Assembly (NCBI GenBank): GCA_016200595.1
Contig: JACQEL010000583.1
Coordinates: 1-35,967, forward strand
DNA: 35,967 bases
Source of the DNA: Deltaproteobacteria bacterium
GTDB taxonomy: Bacteria > Desulfobacterota > Binatia > Bin18
Reading direction: 5' to 3'
Part shown: in pieces, positions 19,601 to 26,230 of the stretch
Position numbering within the stretch: position 1 is the first letter of the stretch
How the letters are laid out: each line of letters begins with the position of its first letter
Position numbers and translations under genes: made by a program
Notes under the pieces: model-generated
Seen by the model: only the letters and a program-made list of their open reading frames with translations
The model's database searches: none
What the model was told of the DNA's origin: nothing

Positions 19601-20637
19601 CGACTATAGTTGGGGCAAGTGCATCTTCGGGCGGTTGGGGCGTCGACTATCTCCTCAAGCTCGTCGATCCGACTATTCACCGAGACCTCTTGGTAACAGA
19701 GGCTGAGGCCCTGCGGTTCCGAACTGGCGAAGCAACTGCCGAAAGTCTGGAAGGGCAAGCCTTGCCATTGTATGAGGGTAAGCAGATCCACCACTTCGAT
19801 CATCGCTACGCGACTTTCGACGGAGGCGAAGAGTGCAAGGTTAGTCTTCTAGATGACAAGCTTAAGGCGGGCTTTTCCGTGATGCCGAGGTACTGGCTGA
19901 GAGCGGCTGACTTCAAAGCGCGACTGCAGGGTCGCCCCATTCATTATCATGCATTCCTGTCGGTGAGAGACATTGCACGAGTGACGGACGAGCGCTCGTT
20001 CGTGACCGCCATTCGATCGTTTGTTCCAGCGCTGAACTCCCTGGGTAATCTCTTCTGCTGTTCTGCATCAGATGCGCTCTTTCTGTGTGGTTGCCTCAAC
20101 TCGTATGCAGCCGACTACGTTGCCAGGCAGAAGGTTGGAGGCACGCATCTGAGCCCTTTCTATCTGATGCAATTGGCGGTTGCCTCGCCCAGCAATGCAG
20201 GTCTCCGTACGCCTTGGTCAGAACCGAGCACCGCGAGACGGTGGGTGGAAGAGCGGGTTCTGGAACTTACCTACACCGCCTGGGACCTGGAGCTGTTCGC
20301 GCAGGACTGCGGTTGGAGCGGCCCACCCTTCTGCTGGGACGAGGAGCGGCGCTTCCTGCTACGCTGTGAGTTGGACGCAGCATTCTTTCATCTCTACCGC
20401 ATCACCCGCGAAGATGTAGACTATATCATGGAGACTTTCCCCATCGTTAAGCGTAAGGACGAGAAAAAATACGGCGAGTATCGCACTAAGCGTGTTATCC
20501 TGGAAATCTACGACGCTATGGCCGAAGCCATCGGCACCGGCAAACCCTACCAGACTCTGCTTGACCCACCGCCTGCTGACCCCCGCATGGCCCACCCGCT
20601 GCGACAGAATTCTGCCGCGCAGAGCATAAGACTCTGA
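16624..20637 (+). CDS. Large gamma-class N6-adenine DNA methyltransferase (DrmMI / PglX / Eco57I-like)
   Basis: SAM motif I VCDPACGSGHFLIAA, and motif IV VLGNPPWERVK (NPPW at 18940-18951), in a 1337-aa protein. The ATG lies 1 nt after the PIN stop, and the RBS AGGAG sits inside the PIN gene. Confidence 0.85.
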   Translation: MQLRQRVSFTTLHAEGAILPADLLQRIAAGDRNLTGLTPEDYHLDKGERLNEATNRAWNRLVGTWATFREARAKLSPGDLGTTITRERWLLPLCSELGYGRLLTAKAIEVEGKSYPISHGWQHAPIHLVGCRVELDTRTAGVAGASRSSPHGLVQELLNRSDKHLWGFVSNGLRLRILRDNSSLTRQAYVEFDLEAMMEGEVYADFVLLWLLCHESRVEAERPAECWLERWSRTAQEQGTRALDQLRVGVEEAITALGRGFLVHPANQGLRDKLRSGTLEKHEYYRQLLRLVYRLLFLFVAEDRDLLLNPQADVAARDRYQRFYSTAKLRRLAERRVGTRHADLYHGLRLIIQKLGSDTGCPELALPALGSFLFSTEAVPDLEGCEISNHALLDAIRALAFSTDSHSRRLVDYKNLGSEELGSVYESLLELHPILNVDAGAFELKTAGGHERKTTGSYYTPTSLIQCLLDSALDPVLEEAARQENPEAAILKLKVCDPACGSGHFLIAAAHRIAKHLATIRTGDDEPSPDAIRTALRDVIGHCIYGVDVNPMAVELCKVSLWMEALEPGKPLSFLDHRIQCGNSLLGATPALLKKGIPDEAFDPIEGDDKEVCRKFKKLNREERKGQGSLFDASLQPWERLGDLAAGLLSLEEISDDTIAGVRHKQERYEGLVRSSGYLYGRLWADAWCAAFVWKKTKEFPYPITEEVFHRIEQNPFSIASWMREEIQQLAKQYQFFHWHLVFPDVFWVPTGSEEPENAQAGWSGGFDVVLGNPPWERVKLQEKEFFVERSPEIASASNAAVRKRLITQLVADNPSLMAEFQTAQREAEGESHFMRNSGTYPLCGRGDINLYTIFAEAASKRLAPPGRMGLVLPSGIATDDTTKFYFQDVIDTRSLVSLFDFENKGIFPGVHSSYKFCLFTAGSGRAAPAGRKDGDAAEFAFFAHSVDDLQDPKRRYTLSAEDIARLNPDTRTCPIFRSSLDAGLTKTIYAHTTIVGASASSGGWGVDYLLKLVDPTIHRDLLVTEAEALRFRTGEATAESLEGQALPLYEGKQIHHFDHRYATFDGGEECKVSLLDDKLKAGFSVMPRYWLRAADFKARLQGRPIHYHAFLSVRDIARVTDERSFVTAIRSFVPALNSLGNLFCCSASDALFLCGCLNSYAADYVARQKVGGTHLSPFYLMQLAVASPSNAGLRTPWSEPSTARRWVEERVLELTYTAWDLELFAQDCGWSGPPFCWDEERRFLLRCELDAAFFHLYRITREDVDYIMETFPIVKRKDEKKYGEYRTKRVILEIYDAMAEAIGTGKPYQTLLDPPPADPRMAHPLRQNSAAQSIRL

Positions 20638-20653
20638 AGGAGAGTTGAGAGAA

Positions 20654-22297
20654 ATGGAGGACGGACAGTTGGAGCAACTTATCTGGTACACCGTTCCTGG
20701 GGCACTGGTAGTGGCAGCCATGCTCCTTGTTTGGCCTCACGTCCTCCAGCCGGATGGAATGACAGCACTCATTATTGCAGGGACCCCACTCCTGGGGTTT
20801 GTAATACATCAGGCATACCGGCTATTTTTCGAGTGGCGAGGTGGATTCACCCAGGAGTCACGCAGATCATTAGACATCCTTTGGCAGGCAATAGCGAGAC
20901 CTTGCGGATTTGAGAACTCCGATCATCGTTACACAAAAAGTTTCTTAATTTGGGAAATCACATTCTACGGAGAAGAGATCCCTGAAGGCTTTCGCGGTCA
21001 TGACAGAGGCGCATGGCACTACATCCTTTCGTTCCGGGCTAGTTCTTGGAGTAGCTTCTTCGCAGCGTTCATTCTCGTGTGGGCAATTTTATGGCGCACC
21101 TATACCAATACTCAACAAGGGAGCCTCTTTTATCTTATCATTGCTGCTTTGGTTGCTGTTGCTGTAGGATTTATTTTCTGTTTCAAAGGGAAGCAGACGC
21201 ACGAGAGCCTGATGAATCAAGAGATTGCTGTGATTTACCGCTATGCTGAAAAGTTTTCTGAAACCGCGAGAAAATTGCGCATTTTGGACAAAGGAGACAT
21301 CGTGGCAAGATACGTAGCTTGGGTCGATATTCTTGGCTTTGCTTCGCTAATGACAGCTGATGGCGACCGCGCCAAGCGTACCTGGACAGAACTACGTGAA
21401 TTAGTAAAGAAGCACCTTCCCGCAAAGGGAGGAGCTCAGGTGTACGGTATCAATGACGGCTTCTTCGCCATCAGCGAGGATCCCGCACTGCTCCAAGGGC
21501 TCGTAAGTATTTATCAGTCCTGGTTCGATAAATTTGCAGAGGTACCGGGTAGCCGGCCGTTACTTCGGGGGGCCATTTCGACAGCCTCTGCTGAGATTAC
21601 ACCCGAGCAAGAGGACTCTAATGTTTGTCTGTGGCTTGAGGGGCCTGGCTTTAGATATGCCTCTGAGTATGAGCAACTACTTCGGGGTTCCCGCTTGTTT
21701 ATTGACCCTACCGCTATTAAAGTTGCCGAAAGTGAGGCTAACCTATTCTGCTATGAGTGGGAGGAGATCTCTGGCTGGGAGCTCCCCGAAAATAGTAGGG
21801 GCATGCATCTAGGAGAGGTCCTTTGGCCTATTTCGGAAGACTCGGCAGAACTCCTAGTTCGTGCAGAAAAGTCGTTTAAGCTTTATGATGGAGCCTTTGC
21901 CGACTTTCTTCGCAAAGAAGCTGATGTTGGCCTAAAGGACGCACTTCCAAAGCTTCTTCAGTATGAGGAAACGCTCAAGCTGATGTTGCGCAGCATCGGT
22001 AAGAAATTACATGCCGATGCTGGCAAGAAGGAAGAGTTGGAGCAGTTCGTTTCAAGGATGCTAAAATATCGCCCAGACCAGTTTCGGTTGACATGGGGAG
22101 TTACGTTTGTTGCCCTTGAAGCAGTGTTCCTTGCAGGGTGCCTAGATGCTCACCATTATGCGCGGTGCGTCAAAGAATACCTCGGAAAACAGTCGAATAA
22201 CCTTGAAAATGTTCGGTTTGTAAAGGATTTTGAGGAGGAGCTAAAGCTCTCGACATATAAGCGCTTTTCAGAGTGGTGGCATTCCAACAGCAGATGA
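20654..22297 (+). CDS. Unassigned membrane protein: about 4 TM helices + divergent class III cyclase-like domain + helical C-terminal domain
   Basis: TM candidates are LIWYTVPGALVVAAMLLVW, MTALIIAGTPLLGFVIHQAY, SSFFAAFILVWAILW and LFYLIIAALVAVAVGFIFCF. Then come VAWVDILGFASLM...GAQVYGINDGFFAIS...LLRGAISTASAE...EGPGFRYASEYEQ. The ATG at 20654 has AAGGAG at 20637-20642, and the track's TTG at 20645 is too close to that RBS. Confidence 0.7.
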   Translation: MEDGQLEQLIWYTVPGALVVAAMLLVWPHVLQPDGMTALIIAGTPLLGFVIHQAYRLFFEWRGGFTQESRRSLDILWQAIARPCGFENSDHRYTKSFLIWEITFYGEEIPEGFRGHDRGAWHYILSFRASSWSSFFAAFILVWAILWRTYTNTQQGSLFYLIIAALVAVAVGFIFCFKGKQTHESLMNQEIAVIYRYAEKFSETARKLRILDKGDIVARYVAWVDILGFASLMTADGDRAKRTWTELRELVKKHLPAKGGAQVYGINDGFFAISEDPALLQGLVSIYQSWFDKFAEVPGSRPLLRGAISTASAEITPEQEDSNVCLWLEGPGFRYASEYEQLLRGSRLFIDPTAIKVAESEANLFCYEWEEISGWELPENSRGMHLGEVLWPISEDSAELLVRAEKSFKLYDGAFADFLRKEADVGLKDALPKLLQYEETLKLMLRSIGKKLHADAGKKEELEQFVSRMLKYRPDQFRLTWGVTFVALEAVFLAGCLDAHHYARCVKEYLGKQSNNLENVRFVKDFEEELKLSTYKRFSEWWHSNSR

Positions 22298-22420
22298 CGG
22301 CCACATAACAAGCGCTTGGAACTGATGCCGATGGAGTCGGTTCGGCAAAGCCGAGAGTTGCTGGCGGTGCAGTTCAAGCGCAATTAGCCGCTGGCATCTA
22401 TTGCCAAGCAAGGTTGCAAG

Positions 22421-23416
22421 ATGAAACCAAGCGATATTGAATCGTGGACCCTCGATATCATAGCTCGCGTTCGGGCTGGCCAGCCGATCGAAGACACCCG
22501 CGTCGAACTGAAAGCTGAGTGGCCGGAGGCATCAAAGGCCGCTCGTAGACTGGCTGGTCATGCCAATGCAGCTCGTGGTGAGCCCATTCTCTGGCTTATC
22601 GGTGTTGACGAGAAAAAAGGTGTTGTGGGTGCAGCACGGAGGGATCTCGCATCGTGGCTTCCACAAGTTTGTGCCGAGTTCGATCAGTTACCTCCCCCAC
22701 TTATTGACGTAAATGTTCCAACTGGAGACACTACCGTCGTTGCTCTGTATGTAGAAACAGAACGAGCTCCCTTCGTCGTACGTAATCCTGTTTTTGGACA
22801 GCAAGGGGGAGGTTCTGTTGAGAGAGAAGTGCCGTGGCGAGATGGAACTAAGATCCGCAGCGTCCGCCGAGAGGACCTTCTCCGTCTGCTTGGGCCGTTA
22901 AGACGAATGCCTAAGGTCGAAGTCCTTGGAGGCAGTGTCGAGGCCCGGGGTAGTAAATACAACCCTGTTGAGGGAGGTTACTCAAAGGTAGCTGGAGAAC
23001 AGAGCCAGTGGCAGATCAAGATCCCTCTCTATATCGTGCCGATGGATACTCAAGTTCTCACAATCCCCTTCCACCGCTGTATCGCAGAGGTGAGTATAGC
23101 AGGCATCCTTGAAGAGGCGAATTTCACGGTGCGTCGCCTTCGACCTATTAAGTGGAATCCTACTATCGCAGTCCCGGCTTCCGTTAACATCGTGACGTCT
23201 GAGTCAGAAACTGTGATACGCGGGCCAGGAAAGGTCGAACTGGAGGCATACTTTAAAGAGGAACATCTATCATCGACGTCGCACGGTTCAGGACGTCTGA
23301 AAGTCTGTTTAGCCTTGGCGGAAGTGGACAGGTCCGTCGTGATTGTCGGTAATCTCTTGCCGGTGAAGGAGTACGTCTTTGAGATGGCGAACATCAATGT
23401 CTCGTACTCAGTGTAG
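22421..23416 (+). CDS. Unassigned protein: N-terminal AlbA_2/Schlafen-like putative nucleic-acid-binding domain + beta-rich C-terminal domain
   Basis: EDTRVELKAEWP...LAGHANAARGEPILWLIGVDEKKGVVGA...VVALYVETERAPFVVRN...VPWRDGTKIRSVRREDLLRLL follows the AlbA_2 (PF04326) motif order as I remember it. No profile search was run. Confidence 0.55.
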   Translation: MKPSDIESWTLDIIARVRAGQPIEDTRVELKAEWPEASKAARRLAGHANAARGEPILWLIGVDEKKGVVGAARRDLASWLPQVCAEFDQLPPPLIDVNVPTGDTTVVALYVETERAPFVVRNPVFGQQGGGSVEREVPWRDGTKIRSVRREDLLRLLGPLRRMPKVEVLGGSVEARGSKYNPVEGGYSKVAGEQSQWQIKIPLYIVPMDTQVLTIPFHRCIAEVSIAGILEEANFTVRRLRPIKWNPTIAVPASVNIVTSESETVIRGPGKVELEAYFKEEHLSSTSHGSGRLKVCLALAEVDRSVVIVGNLLPVKEYVFEMANINVSYSV

Positions 23417-23573
23417 ACCGGCGGTCAGTCCTGTCGCATACACAACCTGTAACGGCAGTGTACCGAATCCCCTGTGGTTTGATTCAGTAGCGTGCATCTT
23501 TTCAGACCGTCTGCTTCTGAGGTGACGATGCGTCCTCTTTTTTCTCTCCCCTCTGCCGAACTACAATAGCGGT

Positions 23574-24200
23574 ATGGAAGACGACGAGACTCTTGAGGAA
23601 TGGCTCCACACAAGCAGTGTGGCATCTTTATTCCCACTACTGCGGCGAGGCCTCTATCATGTAACAAGCATAGAGGGCTACCGGGGGATTCGCCGTGATG
23701 GCTTTATTCGGCCTTGGGATGGAAGCTTTCGAGCTGCTTTCCCTAAGAGCAACAGTCACGCACGGCATCACGGTTGGGTTCCTCTGTTTGATTTCCAAAC
23801 GCCTACCGAGGAACAATACTTTCAAGTGAGACATCAATGGGGCATGTTCTTCGTAAAAGACGAGCCTGTCACTATTCTGATCCATCTTTCTCGGGAAAAG
23901 CTAGCGCCAAAGCTTATCCCCAATGAGGCTGTAGAAACAGAAGCAGATTACCGTCAGAGGCTGAGGATACCGTATGTAGAGGTGTGGTATCCAGAGCCGA
24001 TACCGTTGTCGGCCATCCAAAGCTTCATTCTCGTGTTTCCATCGAAGCCGGTGAGGTACCTCATATTTAGGGCGAATGAGGAGGGGCTCGCGGAACTTGA
24101 CAGAATACTTGGTGAAATAGAGGCTCTTATCGCCGCTGGCCTCATCAAAGTCCTCTCCACCCGCGACCGCTTCATAGCACGGCTTCGCCAGTCCTATTGA
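23574..24200 (+). CDS. Unassigned 208-aa protein, possibly ADP-ribosyltransferase-fold (DarT/DUF4433-like)
   Basis: [20 protein letters not shown] resembles the H-x-T motif, and [24 protein letters not shown] resembles the DarT C-terminal AEFLV...P...I..I.V motif. The similarity is weak and judged by eye. Confidence 0.5.
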   Translation: MEDDETLEEWLHTSSVASLFPLLRRGLYHVTSIEGYRGIRRDGFIRPWDGSFRAAFPKSNSHARHHGWVPLFDFQTPTEEQYFQVRHQWGMFFVKDEPVTILIHLSREKLAPKLIPNEAVETEADYRQRLRIPYVEVWYPEPIPLSAIQSFILVFPSKPVRYLIFRANEEGLAELDRILGEIEALIAAGLIKVLSTRDRFIARLRQSY

Positions 24201-24211
24201 AGGGTTGCTGG

Positions 24212-24397
24212 TGGGTAGATAAGGAGCATGTTCGACCCTTCGCCAGAGACTACGGCTACGATGGACCGTCGTCCCGCTGGGATAAGGAGCGGCGTTTCTT
24301 GCTGTGCTGTGAACTCGATGCTGCCTACTTCCACCTCTACGGCATCGCCCGCGACGACGTGGACTACATCATGGAAACCTCCCCTATCATGAAATAG
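24212..24397 (+). pseudogene. Relic of a second methyltransferase gene, 3'-end fragment part 1
   Basis: It translates to [52 protein letters not shown]. The intact methylase C-terminus reads [52 protein letters not shown]. Confidence 0.8.
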
Positions 24398-24424
24398 GTA
24401 GCTGAGAAAGAAGTAAAAGAACGC

Positions 24425-25090
24425 ATGGGAGATAGTCTATTACAAATTGAGGGCTTACGAGTAAAAAATGACGGCGACAGGACTGTCCGGCAATTTGCTC
24501 TTGATATCGACAGCTTGGAAGTCCGACCTAACGATTGCATCCTCATTCTTGCTGATCGATGTCATGGTAAGTCGGCACTGAGAGCTTCATTGAAAGCGAT
24601 ATTCTGTCAACCGCTGACCGAGGGGAATAACCTGGATATCCCACAGTGCGAAGAATCTAAACCTATAGTGCATGTAGACTCTCTATTCCGAAGAGAAGAT
24701 GCCTGTTTTCATGAGCAGGGTGGAGATCCTAAAGGACTTCAGGCAGTAGAGGACCGCTCAACGATTATCTACTGTGATGACCCGCTTTTTCCGCATACCC
24801 AGAATTCATCCAGCCGCGAGATTCTCGACACTGTTCGTAAAAGATCGCTGACTATGATGATGGCTAGTGATCCTGACAGGCTCCAAGGAACATTGGAGTA
24901 TCTTCTTACTCATCAAACGAGTCGCATTCTGTGGCTGTGTAACGGCAGGGTATTCTGGAACGGATTGGCAGGAGAGTTTCATACCTCCGTCGATGCACTG
25001 TGCGGTCGCTACCGGTCAGAAGCCGAACAAGGACGAAGCACTGAGAATTTTCTGAGAACAATCCACGCTGCGACTCAGAGATTCAATTAA
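24425..25090 (+). CDS. Degenerate ABC-ATPase-like protein (221 aa)
   Basis: The layout is ABC-like: LLQIEGLRV, Walker A degraded to ILADRCHGKSAL, Walker B IIYCDDPLF (no catalytic Glu), H-loop position MMMASDPD, and ILWLCNGRV. Confidence 0.5.
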   Translation: MGDSLLQIEGLRVKNDGDRTVRQFALDIDSLEVRPNDCILILADRCHGKSALRASLKAIFCQPLTEGNNLDIPQCEESKPIVHVDSLFRREDACFHEQGGDPKGLQAVEDRSTIIYCDDPLFPHTQNSSSREILDTVRKRSLTMMMASDPDRLQGTLEYLLTHQTSRILWLCNGRVFWNGLAGEFHTSVDALCGRYRSEAEQGRSTENFLRTIHAATQRFN

Positions 25091-25185
25091 GCATCCCCAG
25101 TTGTCGACATGCTAACTTCATCGCTCACACCTCGCTAAAAGCTACGGCAGGATACTGTCAAATTTTGAAAAGAAGGACTCTTCAT

Positions 25186-25401
25186 ATGGCCAACCAGAAA
25201 GTATCTCGGGAGGCAATCTTGGAAGAGTGGCGGAAGTCGCAACCAAAATCGGCTCCTGCGACATATCAAGAAAAGATGAACTTCTATTTATGGCTGGAGA
25301 AGGAACGACCTCACCTTCTCAAGTTTCGGATATCAGCAACTCAACAGGGCGACAAATGGCAAACGGTGCATGCTTGGCTAAACGAACATGACCTGCACTA
25401 A
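25186..25401 (+). CDS. Small hypothetical protein (71 aa from the ATG; the track starts at TTG 25165)
   Basis: The ORF reads MANQKVSREAILEEWRKSQPK...FYLWLEKERPHLLKF...DKWQTVHAWL. GAAGGA lies about 9 nt upstream of ATG 25186. I recognise no domain. Confidence 0.4.
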   Translation: MANQKVSREAILEEWRKSQPKSAPATYQEKMNFYLWLEKERPHLLKFRISATQQGDKWQTVHAWLNEHDLH

Positions 25402-25447
25402 TGGAAAGCTGCTCTATTGCCAAATACAGAGACAATGGGCAACACGG

Positions 25448-25594
25448 CAGTACCGAACCAAGTGCGTTATCCCAGAAATCTAGGATGCCATGGCCGAAGC
25501 CATCCGCACTGGTAAGCCCTACCAGACTCTGCTTGACCCACCGCCTGCCGACCCCCGCGTCGCGCATCCGGCAAGGGAGCGAGGGAGTCAGTGA
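25448..25594 (+). pseudogene. Relic of a second methyltransferase gene, 3'-end fragment part 2 (contains an internal TAG)
   Basis: The frame reads QYRTKCVIPEI*DAMAEAIRTGKPYQTLLDPPPADPRVAHPAR. The intact methylase reads EYRTKRVILEIYDAMAEAIGTGKPYQTLLDPPPADPRMAHPLR. The TAG at 25481-25483 replaces the Tyr codon. Confidence 0.8.
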
Positions 25595-25645
25595 GGAAAG
25601 AGGGGAGGAAGCGAAGAAGCGAGAAATAGGAGATCTCGACGCTCT

Positions 25646-26230
25646 CTAGCGAACGCTTCTCTGCCCGGCGTGTGTGGTCCTCACTGGTCCTCCAGGAATG
25701 CGGCCTAAACGTTCAAAGATGAGCTGGCAGATGGCAAGCTTCCCCGGGGTTAAGCGCAGAGGATAGTTACCGAAATTATACATCTCAAGCACAATGCGGC
25801 CGGGAAACCCGGCATGGATCGTTGGCGCGGTCAAGTGAACCACGAGCCCCAGCCGGGCTAACGTGCTCCGGCCTTCGACACGAGCAGCGATCTTCGATCG
25901 TCTTGGCAGCTCTAGGTACTCCCTGGTAATGCCCAAGACGAATTTCCCCGGCTGGAGGATGAAAGAGCCATCGGGTTCTTGGGGTAAGGGTTTGGCGTAT
26001 CTCCTAAGAAAATCCTTCAGGTCAATGTGTAGAGGATCGACAACGATGGGTCGTTCTACGCCTCTAGGTTCTTCTCGTGCCAGTTCCTCTGGCGTCTTCA
26101 GCTCAAAAATCTCATCGCCAAGAATGAGATCCAAGGCTGAGGTAGTGTACTGCTCTTCTGTCGGAAGCGGGTCGATCAGGATCTTTTTCTGACGCAGAGT
26201 CTCCCGAATTTCGCGGTCACTAAGAATCAC
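25646..26230 (-). CDS. dcd: dCTP deaminase
   Basis: 194 aa reading MILSDREIRE..., GRSTLARLGLVVHLTAPTIHAGFPGRIVLEMYN, with a GTG start. Confidence 0.9.
   Translation of the reverse strand: MILSDREIRETLRQKKILIDPLPTEEQYTTSALDLILGDEIFELKTPEELAREEPRGVERPIVVDPLHIDLKDFLRRYAKPLPQEPDGSFILQPGKFVLGITREYLELPRRSKIAARVEGRSTLARLGLVVHLTAPTIHAGFPGRIVLEMYNFGNYPLRLTPGKLAICQLIFERLGRIPGGPVRTTHAGQRSVR

Noticed and set aside
22298-22420. The intergenic stretch reads HNKRLELMPMESVRQSRELLAVQFKRN in one frame, vaguely like NK-x-L-Q-x-T...L-x-R peptide signatures seen upstream of orphan genes in other genomes
   Set aside because: The similarity is loose, there is no start codon or RBS, and I cannot verify the family without a search. 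I treat it as ordinary intergenic sequence, possibly a promoter region for the AlbA_2-like gene.
24197-24397. 66-aa ORF called as a possible small gene
   Set aside because: Its sequence is a diverged copy of the methylase C-terminus, so it is a gene relic rather than an independent gene. Likewise, the 82-aa ORF at 25401..25649 reads the second relic fragment in the wrong frame.
7515-25645. Calling the island an integrative mobile element
   Set aside because: No integrase, recombinase, transposase, tRNA target or terminal repeats are visible in the window. Only the duplicated methylase 3' end hints at recombination.
25646-26230. dCTP deaminase as an anti-phage nucleotide-depletion gene
   Set aside because: It has standard Dcd length (194 aa) and no extra kinase or sensor domain. 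Its GC content and strand match the housekeeping flank. It most likely marks the island boundary rather than being part of it.
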